Below are positions 1 through 9,238 of a stretch of DNA of 64,000 nt, in pieces (the stretch's first letter is position 1; each line of letters opens with the position of its first letter). The notes beneath the pieces are model-generated. The model saw only the letters and a list, made by a program, of their open reading frames with translations, was not told the origin of the DNA and did not search any database. The DNA comes from Phycisphaerae bacterium (lineage in GTDB: Bacteria; Planctomycetota; Phycisphaerae; UBA1845; Fen-1342): the NCBI GenBank assembly GCA_963675745.2, contig CAXXWX010000019.1:96001-160000 (forward strand), read 5' to 3'. The translations under genes and the position numbers were made by a program.

Positions 1-46
1 GCGATTCGAGACACGGAGACCCATCCGTTCAGCGTTTAGACAGCGA

Positions 47-75
47 AGTATGGCCCGTGTGGGATTCGGCGTCAA
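47..75 (-). promoter_or_regulatory. Putative sigma70 promoter for a gene running off the left edge (ATG at 24)
   Basis: Minus strand TTGACG (75-70), 17-bp spacer, CATACT (52-47). Confidence 0.45.
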
Positions 76-157
76 GAACACTCGGCCGCGAAGATTGGAT
101 GGTTCGGGGCGATGGCCGGCCGGGATCATGCGGGTGAATTGCATTAACGGCGGGGAT

Positions 158-2353
158 CTACGGCTGGTTGAGTCGCGCCTCGACCTGCTGGAGCAACATT
201 GCTGACTCGGTGCGCGTTGCATCAAGGGCCAGTGCGGCGCGCAGTGCCTCGGCGGCTTCGGGTAGCTCGGCGAGTCTGTAATGCATGACGCCGAGGTTGT
301 GAAGCGTGGCCACGTCGCGCGGCCGCTCGACGCGCGCACGCACAAAGTAGTCGCGCGCGGCCGCGTAGTCGCCGAGCTTAGACGCGATCGTGCCCAGATA
401 ATAAAGGGCATCGGCATCACGCGGCGCGATGCGCAGAATGTGGTCATACTGGTCGCGCGCCGCCTCGAATTGTTGCGTGAGCAGCAACAGGCGGGCATAT
501 GCGGCGCGTAACGCCAAATCGTCGGGAGCCAGTGCCACAGCGCGGGCGAACAACTCGGCGGCGCGCGCGGGTTTACCACGCGCCTGTTGAGTTTCGGCGA
601 ACATGGCGAGCAGTTTGTAGTCGTCGGCGTGCCGCGCGACGGCGGGCTCCAGGACGGCGGCGGCCTGGTCGAACTGGCGGGCAAGTATGAGCATCTGGGC
701 CACTCGTCCGATCAGGCCACGATTGTCGGGGTCGGCGCCTATGGCGCGCTGGTACTCAACAAGCGCCTCCGCCGTGCGCCCCTCGGCCTTGAGCATGTTA
801 CCGAGCTCGATTCGGTGGGGCGTATCGCCGGGCTCATACTCGAGACCGGCCCGGCAGGTTTTAATGGCGGACTGGCGATCGCCCAACTGCTGGTACGCGT
901 ATGTCTGGCCAAAAAGCACGCCCGACGGCACGCGCACATCGAAGCCACACAGGCGATTTACGCTCCCGAGGGTGAACCCGACGAGCAGGGCCAGCACGAC
1001 GGCAACCGTCGTTCGCGGATATGAACGCCATTGCCAGGCGCGCATCAACACCCACGCCGCCGCCACCACCAGGATCGGGATGGCGGGCGTGCGAAAGCGG
1101 GGGGAATACCAGAAGAACGCCGTCACAAACACGGGCACAAATAACAGCAGCCATTCTGGGCCGTAGCGCAGCGGCCGGCACAGCAGAATCAGCATCCCGA
1201 CCAGGGCCGGCGCGACGACCAGGGGCGTGGTGAGCGGCATCAGGCGTAGCCAGCGGTTGAAGCCCAGCATCATCTCGATGGTGGGTTGGTAGATATCGCC
1301 ATAATGGCGTGAGGAGACAAACCCGTAGAGTTTACGGCTGACCAGCCACAGAAATGTCGCCGGGTTGTCACGCCAATACTGCACCGCCTGGTCGCGGAAA
1401 TAGCGGTCAACCGCCTTCCAGGTGGCATGGCGGCCGGTTTTCTGCTCGTAAACGCGAGCGGCGTCGGCGTGCATGAGGTCGCGGCGCGTGCTGATCTCCG
1501 GCAGCGGAGCATAGACGCCTTCGGCACCCGGGTGATTGCCGAGTCGCAGCGTGATGCCGCCCACGGCTTGCACGGGGAATAGTTCGCCGCTGGCATGGAG
1601 GTTGTGCAGCGTGGCCGGCGCGATGACTATCAGGGCTGTTGCGGTCGGCAGTGCGGCTTTCCATAGTGTGTGGGGCTCGCGTCGCCGGCTCAGCAGCAGC
1701 CATAGCGGCACAAGTCCCAGCAGGAGCAGGGCGGGGGCGTAGGCCAGGCAGAGCAATCCGACGGCGCCGCCGGCCAGCAGGTGGCTGAGCGTGGTGGCCC
1801 GGGTTTGCAGCCGGACGAAAGATGCCCAGGTCACGGTTACCAGCAGCAAATGCAGTGAACTGGCGAGGATGCGCAGTGAGGACGAGGCCGGCTCCTGCAT
1901 GAGCAGCAATATCGCGGCGGCCACGAGCCCGACGCGCGCGCTGAAACGCCGACGGCACACCGAGGCCAGCAGCCAGGCGGTTGCCAGGTCGGACAGCAAC
2001 TGGAGCACGTAGACGGTGGTGAGTCCGCCGCCCACGGCGCGGATGGCTCCCAGAACGTAGGGATATAGCGGGGCGGAGAAGAAGGGGGCGTCCTGGATCA
2101 ATCCGCCGGTGCTGATGCGTTCGGCCCAATCCCAGTAGACCGCGGCATCGTTAAGCGGCACCTGTGCCAGCGGGTTGGTGTTTACGTACACGCTGAGAAC
2201 GATGAGGCGGCAGGCCAGGCTAAGCAGGCACATCGCCGCCAGGATCAGCCGGAACCGTCGCGCGGCACCGAGCTGTTCCTGCGGCGGCTGACTGGCATCG
2301 GTGGCAGATGACGTGACAGCGGCTGGCCGATTCTTGTCTGTGCGTCTGCCCAT
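158..2353 (-). CDS. GT-C (ArnT/PMT-like) membrane glycosyltransferase with C-terminal TPR repeats
   Basis: Many TM segments, DAAVYWDWA and APLYPY motifs, RFRxP, helical TPR tail; start placed at MGRRTDK. Confidence 0.7.
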   Translation of the reverse strand: MGRRTDKNRPAAVTSSATDASQPPQEQLGAARRFRLILAAMCLLSLACRLIVLSVYVNTNPLAQVPLNDAAVYWDWAERISTGGLIQDAPFFSAPLYPYVLGAIRAVGGGLTTVYVLQLLSDLATAWLLASVCRRRFSARVGLVAAAILLLMQEPASSSLRILASSLHLLLVTVTWASFVRLQTRATTLSHLLAGGAVGLLCLAYAPALLLLGLVPLWLLLSRRREPHTLWKAALPTATALIVIAPATLHNLHASGELFPVQAVGGITLRLGNHPGAEGVYAPLPEISTRRDLMHADAARVYEQKTGRHATWKAVDRYFRDQAVQYWRDNPATFLWLVSRKLYGFVSSRHYGDIYQPTIEMMLGFNRWLRLMPLTTPLVVAPALVGMLILLCRPLRYGPEWLLLFVPVFVTAFFWYSPRFRTPAIPILVVAAAWVLMRAWQWRSYPRTTVAVVLALLVGFTLGSVNRLCGFDVRVPSGVLFGQTYAYQQLGDRQSAIKTCRAGLEYEPGDTPHRIELGNMLKAEGRTAEALVEYQRAIGADPDNRGLIGRVAQMLILARQFDQAAAVLEPAVARHADDYKLLAMFAETQQARGKPARAAELFARAVALAPDDLALRAAYARLLLLTQQFEAARDQYDHILRIAPRDADALYYLGTIASKLGDYAAARDYFVRARVERPRDVATLHNLGVMHYRLAELPEAAEALRAALALDATRTESAMLLQQVEARLNQP

Positions 2354-2543
2354 CGCGTACTCGCCCGGAACACAGCCTATCGGCGTGGCGCCGAATCGAC
2401 ACACGCAGATTATCGGCTTGGGGCGTTACGTGCCAGGATAGTCAACGGGGCACAGCGCGAGCGGCTTGGGCCGCAGGTATCCGGCGCGTGTTGTCGCGGC
2501 GGCGTCAGACTTGGCCATCGGCGCGGCGTGCGGCCAGTCGTGC

Positions 2544-3911
2544 TCAGTCCACTGTCTCCAGCAGTGCGGCCTCTGCCTGCACATGACGCCATCGATGGTC
2601 CGCCACTCGGCCGGCGCATTCGTTCAGTTCGCCCGCGACGGCGTTCCAGGTTGATTCGCCTACCCGGCCGGTGTCGGCCGATTCGACGGTTGCCGGGTCG
2701 GGTGAGAAGCGGCCGGCGACAATCGCCTCACCGATCTGGCGATACGCTTGCCGGAAGGGCATGCCCTGCCGTACGAGATCGAGGGCTGCGTGCGTGGCGT
2801 AAATTTCCGGCCGCAGCGCCGCGGCCATGCGGTCGGCGTTGAGCTTGAAATCGGCGAGCACGCGGCCGGCGGCGGTCAGCATGTCCACTAGCTCATGCGC
2901 CGTGCGTATGGCGGGTTCCTTGGTCAATTGCAGGTCGCGATGATAGCCGGAGGGGAGTTTTCCGCTGACCCATTCCAACTCGGTCAGTCGCGCGCGAAGG
3001 CGCGCGCCGCGCGCCCGCAGCAGCTCCAGCACGTCCGGGTTTTTCTTCTGCGGCATGATTGATGAGCCGGTCGTCATGTCGGCGGGCAGCTCGAAGAACC
3101 CGTACGCCGGACTAGCGAATAGCAGCATATCGCAGCTCAGTTTTTCCAACAGCGCGCCGATGTCGGCGGCGACGCGCAGGAAGTACTTCTCCATGCGGCC
3201 GCGACTGTTTTGCACGTCGACCGGACTACGCTGCACGCGCCGGAAGCCGAGCAGCGCGGCGGTATAGTCTCGATCGAGCGGCAGCGGCACGCCGAAGCCG
3301 GCGCCGGTGCCGAGCGGGCAGGCGTCGAGCCGGGTGAGCAAATCGAGCCCGGCATACATTTGCTCGAGGGCGGCTTCGATGACGGCGTGCAACCACTGCC
3401 CGACGCTGGACGGCATTGCCAGTTCCATGTGCGTGTAGCCCGGCATGGCGAGTGCGCCGTCGCGGCGGGCACGCCGAAGCGCGATGCGGCCTAAGTCGGC
3501 CAGCAGGTTTAGCCAGGCCAGCGCGTGGTTTCGCATGAACAAGCGCATCGCCGTCGCGACCTGGTCGTTGCGCGAACGGCCGGTGTGAATCTTCTCGCCG
3601 GCGCTGCCGCACTCCGCGATCAGCCGTGCTTCGATGGCGGTGTGGCAATCTTCCAGCTCGGCGGGGATTGGGAACGTACCGGCCAGAGCGTCACGGTCGC
3701 ACTCGGCCAGGGACCGCAGCAGCAATTGCAGCTCTTCGGCGCTGAGCAGTCCGGCGCGATTTAGCGTACGGGCATGTGCGGCGGAGCCCAGGCAATCCCA
3801 GTGCAGGAGTTGCAGATCCCAATGTGGATCGTCACCGACGGTGAACCGGTGGGTTGCCGCGTCGAGGCCGGTTCCCTTTTCCCAAAGCCGTGCCGGCGCT
3901 GGTTTGGTCAT
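2544..3911 (-). CDS. argH: Argininosuccinate lyase
   Basis: HTGRSRNDQ, MPGYTH, GSSIMPQKKNPD signatures; ATG overlaps the argE stop. Confidence 0.95.
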   Translation of the reverse strand: MTKPAPARLWEKGTGLDAATHRFTVGDDPHWDLQLLHWDCLGSAAHARTLNRAGLLSAEELQLLLRSLAECDRDALAGTFPIPAELEDCHTAIEARLIAECGSAGEKIHTGRSRNDQVATAMRLFMRNHALAWLNLLADLGRIALRRARRDGALAMPGYTHMELAMPSSVGQWLHAVIEAALEQMYAGLDLLTRLDACPLGTGAGFGVPLPLDRDYTAALLGFRRVQRSPVDVQNSRGRMEKYFLRVAADIGALLEKLSCDMLLFASPAYGFFELPADMTTGSSIMPQKKNPDVLELLRARGARLRARLTELEWVSGKLPSGYHRDLQLTKEPAIRTAHELVDMLTAAGRVLADFKLNADRMAAALRPEIYATHAALDLVRQGMPFRQAYRQIGEAIVAGRFSPDPATVESADTGRVGESTWNAVAGELNECAGRVADHRWRHVQAEAALLETVD

Positions 3912-5032
3912 TGCACTCGGCCTCCCGCGTTGGTGTGCGCGGCCACGGCAGCCGGGCCGGCGCCGCGCGCCATACGCTCGAAGTATGCCAACGCGCAGAG
4001 CTGATAGCCGGCCGCACCCCGCGCCAGCTCGTCGGAGCACACGTGTTCGTCTGGTGTATGTGAGCGCGAGGAGTCGCCGGGGCCGATCTTGATCGTCGGA
4101 ATCCCCGCGAGGTAGATCATGTCGCTCATGGAGGGACTACCGGCGGGGGTGACACCCGACAGGGCGCTGCAAACCGCGGCGACAATCGGCGCGGCCGGGT
4201 CGGTCTCCACCGGTATGAGTCTGTCGCTGTGGATCAGCAATTCGCATTGCAGGTATGCGCGCAGGCGTTGATACAAGTCCGCGTGTGATTCGCGTGGCGT
4301 GGTGCGCACATCGAGGAAGAACTCGCAGTGGTCAGGGATGACGTTGCGAGCACGGCCGCCGCTGATCATGGTCACGTGGCCTTGGCAGGGGCCGAGCAGC
4401 GGGTGTGACGGTCCCCAATCGAAGTCTCGCAGCCGCAGCAACTGCGCGGCGGCGTTGAGAATGGCGTTGTCGGCGTTTGTCGGCGCGACATTCGCGGGGT
4501 GGGCCGCGCGGCCGCGCGCGATCCCACGCAGGATCAGCAAGCCGCGTTGGGCGATCATCGGCTGCATGCGCGTCGGTTCGCCGACGAGTGCGGCGTCGAG
4601 CGGTTGGAGTTGATCCACGATCGTGCCGAGTCCGGCGCCGCTGTTTTCTTCTTCCCCGGTCAGGGCCAGCACCAGCGTACCGCCGAGACGTTCGCCACGG
4701 TCGAGCCGCGCTTTCAGAGTTAGTGCGGCTTCGATCAACGTGACAACGCAGCCCTTGGCGTCGTTGGCACCGAGGCCGATCAGACGCTCACCTTCGTGGC
4801 GGAGCGTGAACGGATCGCCGGTCCAGCCTTCGCCGGGTGGAACGGTGTCGAGATGCGAATTGAAGAGCAACCGCGGCCGCGGCTGATCGCCGATTTCGCA
4901 CCAGAGGTTGTTGCCGCTGCGCTGCACGCGCAGGCCGGCGTCACACAGCTCGGCGCTCACTGCGTCGGCCAATGCGGCTTCCTGGCCCGAGAGGCTGGGC
5001 ACGGCGACCAATCTCGCCAGGCGCGGGATCAC
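3908..5032 (-). CDS. argE: M20 deacylase (N-acylornithine/N-acylcitrulline deacylase)
   Basis: NSHLDTV, GLGANDAKG, GEEE, VGEPT, SHTPDE motifs; GTG start overlaps the argB TGA. Confidence 0.85.
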   Translation of the reverse strand: MIPRLARLVAVPSLSGQEAALADAVSAELCDAGLRVQRSGNNLWCEIGDQPRPRLLFNSHLDTVPPGEGWTGDPFTLRHEGERLIGLGANDAKGCVVTLIEAALTLKARLDRGERLGGTLVLALTGEEENSGAGLGTIVDQLQPLDAALVGEPTRMQPMIAQRGLLILRGIARGRAAHPANVAPTNADNAILNAAAQLLRLRDFDWGPSHPLLGPCQGHVTMISGGRARNVIPDHCEFFLDVRTTPRESHADLYQRLRAYLQCELLIHSDRLIPVETDPAAPIVAAVCSALSGVTPAGSPSMSDMIYLAGIPTIKIGPGDSSRSHTPDEHVCSDELARGAAGYQLCALAYFERMARGAGPAAVAAHTNAGGRVQ

Positions 5033-5967
5033 GCTTGCACCGTTTGGTTTTCGAGCAGCGGTTGTTCGGCGGTCCGCTGCCGGACCAGCAGCGTGCCGCA
5101 GCCTTCGTTGGTGAAGACTTCGCTCAGGATCGTGTCGGGGGCTGTGCCGTTGACAATGTGGGCGCGCGGCACGCCGCCGTTCAGGGCGTCGGCGCACGCG
5201 GCGAGCTTGGGTAGCATGCCGCCGCTGACGTGGCCGGCATCGATCAGCGCGCGCAGCTCCGCGAGATCGAGGTGCTCCTGCAACGTGCGCGGGTCGTTGA
5301 CGTCGAGCAGCACGCCATCGACGGTGCTGACCAGAAAGTACTTCGCGGCGCCCAGCTTGATCGCGATTCGCGCGGCGACGGTGTCGGCGTTGATGTTCAG
5401 CACCTGCCCGTTCTCATCCGCGGCGAGCGAACACACGACCGGCACGAACTCCTCGGCCAACAGGTTGCGCAGCAGGGCGACATCGACCTGCTCCACATCG
5501 CCCACGTGTCCGAAGTCGATCTCGCGGGTCTCTCCGCTGCCGGGGTCGTTTACCGCCTGACGCGGCCGGCGCGAGGCGGCGACCAGACCGGCGTCGATCC
5601 CGCTCAGACCGACCGCGGAGACGCCCGTGCGGCGAAACGCCGCCACCACGTCCGTATTGACCGTTCCCGCCAGCCCCATCTTGACGACTTCGAGGGTGTC
5701 GGTGTCGGTGATGCGGCGGCCGGCAAAGAGGTTGGGCGCGAGGCCGAGCCGCTTGCTGAGTGCGCTGACCTGTTCGCCGCCGCCGTGCACGACGACGAGC
5801 TGGATGCCCAACTGTGCCAGCAGGGCCAGTTGATCGACCAGATTGTCCAGCACGCGGCCGGGCGAGCACAGTTGCCCGCCGAGCTTGACCACGAACACGC
5901 GTTTTCGGTACGCGCGGATGTATGGCGCCGCGGTACGCAGGGCGTTGAGATTGTGCTGCAAGTGCAT
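5029..5967 (-). CDS. argB: N-acetylglutamate kinase
   Basis: VVKLGG, VHGGG, GRRITD, NINAD, GGMLPKL motifs. Confidence 0.93.
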   Translation of the reverse strand: MHLQHNLNALRTAAPYIRAYRKRVFVVKLGGQLCSPGRVLDNLVDQLALLAQLGIQLVVVHGGGEQVSALSKRLGLAPNLFAGRRITDTDTLEVVKMGLAGTVNTDVVAAFRRTGVSAVGLSGIDAGLVAASRRPRQAVNDPGSGETREIDFGHVGDVEQVDVALLRNLLAEEFVPVVCSLAADENGQVLNINADTVAARIAIKLGAAKYFLVSTVDGVLLDVNDPRTLQEHLDLAELRALIDAGHVSGGMLPKLAACADALNGGVPRAHIVNGTAPDTILSEVFTNEGCGTLLVRQRTAEQPLLENQTVQA

Positions 5968-5985
5968 GGTTCTCGCTCCCGCCGG

Positions 5986-7002
5986 CTAATCGCACTCTGC
6001 CTGTGGCGGTTGGCCGAGCAGTTCGTTCAGGATTGCGGCCTGCGTCCACATGCGGTTTTCGGCCTGATCGACGACCACGCTCCGGGGGTCGTCGAGCGCG
6101 GCGTCGGCGATCACGACGTTTCGCCGAACGGGGAGGCAGTGCATCAGGATGGCGTCGGCGTGCAGGTGGTCCGGCGTAACGGTCCAGTTCGCATGCTCGG
6201 CAAAACTCTGCTTCTGCGCGGCCGCGTCACCGTATAAGGCCGCGCTGCCCCAGCTCTTGACGTAGACGACGTCCGCAGCGCGACAGGCGGCGGGCTGGTC
6301 GTGCGTTACTTCCAGTTTTGTGCCGGCGTCGTGGCACCAGGTGGAAGCGCGGTCGAGAATTCCGGCAGACAGCTCGTAGCCGGGCGGATGGGCAATCGTG
6401 ACCTGCATTCCCGCGGCGGCGGCGGCCAGCACGGCCGAGTGCGGAACCGCCATCGGCAGACCCTTTGCCTGCGGGGCCCAGGCAAGCGTAAAGCGTTTGC
6501 CGGCGGTGCCGGAGAGCTTTTCGTCGATCGTCATCCAATCGGCCAGACCCTGGCAGGGGTGTTCGGCGGCGGATTCCATGTTGATCACCGGTACGGTGGC
6601 GAACCGGCCGAACGCGCGGATTACCTGGTCGAGCGCGTCTTCGGCGGCATTACGCATGGCGGCAAACGTTCGCACCGCCAGCGCGTTGCCGTAGCGGCTG
6701 AGCACGGGCGCGGCTTCGCGGATGTGCTCGGCGGCGGGGCCATCCATCACCACGCCGTCGCGATACTCTAGCTGCCAGGTGTCGCCACCGACGTTCAGGC
6801 AGATGGCGTGTCCGCCGTAACGCAGCATGGCGGCCTCGAAAGAGGTGCGTGTGCGCAGCGACGGATTGAAGAACACCGTTGTGAGGATTCGTTCGCGCAG
6901 CGCCGCCGCCGTGGCGTCGCCGCTCTTCAGACAGCGGGCGGCTTGCACGAGTTGCGCGAGGTGCTGCGGGTCGTAGTCGAGCATACTGAGGTAGTGTTGC
7001 AT
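5986..7002 (-). CDS. argF': N-acyl (acetyl/succinyl)-ornithine carbamoyltransferase, ArgF' type
   Basis: FFNPSLRTRTSF, W.LE..DG.VMDG...EH, HPCQ, YVKSW, HCLPVRRN motifs typical of AOTCase/SOTCase rather than canonical OTCase. Confidence 0.9.
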   Translation of the reverse strand: MQHYLSMLDYDPQHLAQLVQAARCLKSGDATAAALRERILTTVFFNPSLRTRTSFEAAMLRYGGHAICLNVGGDTWQLEYRDGVVMDGPAAEHIREAAPVLSRYGNALAVRTFAAMRNAAEDALDQVIRAFGRFATVPVINMESAAEHPCQGLADWMTIDEKLSGTAGKRFTLAWAPQAKGLPMAVPHSAVLAAAAAGMQVTIAHPPGYELSAGILDRASTWCHDAGTKLEVTHDQPAACRAADVVYVKSWGSAALYGDAAAQKQSFAEHANWTVTPDHLHADAILMHCLPVRRNVVIADAALDDPRSVVVDQAENRMWTQAAILNELLGQPPQAECD

Positions 7003-7112
7003 GGCTAGGCTGCCTCCAGTTGGCGCAGGGTGTCGGCCAGGTCGTCCAGTACGGAAAGCGGCGCGTTCAGAGCGTGCGGCGTGTTTGTTTTCGCGCTATT
7101 CATGGAAACCTG

Positions 7113-8177
7113 CTATAGGGGGCGTGCCGCCGGACTCCAGAGACCGGCGGTCTCCGGCAGGTCGCACATCAGGTTCATGTTCTGGATGGCGGTACCGGAC
7201 ATTCCTTTTCCGAGGTTGTCGAGCGCTGCCATCGCGACGACCTGCCGGTCACTAACCGCCACGCAGAGATCACAGAAGTTCGAGCCGGCGACGTTTTGCA
7301 GTTCGGGTGGCTCGTCGAGGATGCGAACAAACGGCCGACCTGCGTAGAACGCTTCACAGCGCTGCTTCATCTGCCTGGTGTCGGATGGCTCGCGCAGCTC
7401 GAAATGGGCGGTTATGTAGATGCCGCGCGTGGCGTCGATGCTCTGCGCGACGAAGCTGGTTTGCAGACGTCGGCCGGTCGGGTCGCCGAGCGCCTGCAAA
7501 ACCTCCGGCTCATGTTGATGGGCCAGCGGTTTGTAGGCGCGGAAATTCGATCGCCGCGTCGCGTGGTGCGTCGTTTCCTTGAGCTGACGCCCCGAGCCGG
7601 ACGAGCCGGTTTTCGCGTCGATGACCAGCTTGCCGGCGGCGCTCTCGTCGATCAACGGGGCGGTGGCGAGGATGGCGCCGGTCGCCAGGCAACCCGGATT
7701 GGCGATGAAGCGGGCGCCTTGAATGTCTTGGTGGAACAACTCCGGCAGGCCGTAGACGAACTGCGATCGACGCTCGGGCAGCCACGGCGTATGCGGATAG
7801 TGCTGTTCGTGAGTTGGCTGGTGAGTTAGACGCAGGTCGCCGGAGAGATCGACGATGCGCAGCCTGTCAGTGCCGCTCGCGCCGTCCGCCGATTGCAGCA
7901 GTGCCTCGATCGCCGCCGCACTCGCACCGTGCGGCAACGCTGAGAATACCACGGCCGTTTCGGCGTCGAGCAGCGCGGGCAGGTCAATCTCGGGCGACAT
8001 GCGCAAGTCGTAAAAGCCGCGCAGATGCGGGTGTACATCGCCGATGGCCGCACCGGCGTGGGAAGTGGTCGTGACGGCGACGACGCGCGCGGCGGGATGC
8101 TGAACCAGCAGGCGCAGCAGCTCACCGGCCCCAAACCCGCTGCCTCCCAGAATCGCGACGTTTACGGGCATGCTCAT
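7113..8177 (-). CDS. argC: N-acetyl-gamma-glutamyl-phosphate reductase
   Basis: GGSGFGAGEL, ALPHG, DLSGDLR, YGLPE, ANPGC, DNLGKG motifs. Confidence 0.95.
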   Translation of the reverse strand: MSMPVNVAILGGSGFGAGELLRLLVQHPAARVVAVTTTSHAGAAIGDVHPHLRGFYDLRMSPEIDLPALLDAETAVVFSALPHGASAAAIEALLQSADGASGTDRLRIVDLSGDLRLTHQPTHEQHYPHTPWLPERRSQFVYGLPELFHQDIQGARFIANPGCLATGAILATAPLIDESAAGKLVIDAKTGSSGSGRQLKETTHHATRRSNFRAYKPLAHQHEPEVLQALGDPTGRRLQTSFVAQSIDATRGIYITAHFELREPSDTRQMKQRCEAFYAGRPFVRILDEPPELQNVAGSNFCDLCVAVSDRQVVAMAALDNLGKGMSGTAIQNMNLMCDLPETAGLWSPAARPL

Positions 8178-9238
8178 GACGCCACCACCGTTGCACGCTG
8201 CGCGTCTAGCCGGCACGCGATGAACTCGCCCAGATTACGGCCGCTGGTGCGCGCATTGATCGCCTTCAGTTTCAACCGCTGTTCGATGTAGCGCACTCCG
8301 ACCGCATTGTCGGTGGCGGGTCCGCTGATGACGTCGATGTCGAGACCAAACTGCTCGTGCAGGATTCTCTTGGCGCCCCAGGCGCCGACCGGATCGTTGG
8401 CGCACATGACGACGGCCGCTCCGAGGTGCATCAGGTCGGCGTCGGCGAGTATTTCCGCCACACCATACTCGCCGTGCACGCCGTCGCCGAGCTCCGCCAC
8501 GATGACGTCGGCGCCCAGTTGCGTGACGTGTGTGAAGAGAGCGCGTGTCACGCTGACGGCGTTGTGGCTGCTCGTCGAGGCCGCGCCGGCGTCGCCGAAC
8601 GAGACCGCCCAGCGCGCGCCGTAGTCCATCATCTTGAGCGTATCACGGCGCAATGCCACGCCCGTCAGCTTACAGCCGGCGACCGCGTTGCCACGTCGGG
8701 CCAGCTCGCGGATCAACTGGGCCGCGGCGGTTGTTTTGCCGCTGTTCATGCAGGTTCCCGCCACGTAGATGACCGGCACCGGTGGCGGGGCGGTGTCCGC
8801 GACAGGGATGGCGTTCATGCCGATATGAGCCGGCACACCTTCGCGCTTCTCAAACTGGGGAAAGACAAGCACGCTGCCGAGGATCTCGACGTCGAATGGT
8901 GGTCCGACGTCGGGGTTGATCGACGTGCAGTGTCCGATCACGCCGCCGAGGTTCAGCATTTGTAGCCGATCGCCGACGCGGACCTGCGCCGGTACGACGC
9001 CGGTATAGCCGTGCAGTGCGCTGCGCGCTCCGAGCACGCCGGCGATGATGTCGCCGTCGTGCAGCGTCACAAGCCGGCCGTGGAGGTCTTCGAGCTGGTT
9101 GTACGCGGTTTTCTCGCCCAGCACGCGGCCGGCGACGATGTAACCTTCGCGCGCGACGACGGTCTCGATCAGGCGGGCGTCGCGTCGCAACGGCACGTTG
9201 CCGGTGACGGAGGCAATCTTGTCAATCCAGACCCGCAT
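8174..9238 (-). CDS. Uncharacterised P-loop NTPase-fold protein, DUF1611-like
   Basis: VAGTCMNSGKTT Walker A, KLTGV..RRD, VAELGDG; overlaps both argG and argC. Confidence 0.7.
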   Translation of the reverse strand: MRVWIDKIASVTGNVPLRRDARLIETVVAREGYIVAGRVLGEKTAYNQLEDLHGRLVTLHDGDIIAGVLGARSALHGYTGVVPAQVRVGDRLQMLNLGGVIGHCTSINPDVGPPFDVEILGSVLVFPQFEKREGVPAHIGMNAIPVADTAPPPVPVIYVAGTCMNSGKTTAAAQLIRELARRGNAVAGCKLTGVALRRDTLKMMDYGARWAVSFGDAGAASTSSHNAVSVTRALFTHVTQLGADVIVAELGDGVHGEYGVAEILADADLMHLGAAVVMCANDPVGAWGAKRILHEQFGLDIDVISGPATDNAVGVRYIEQRLKLKAINARTSGRNLGEFIACRLDAQRATVVAS

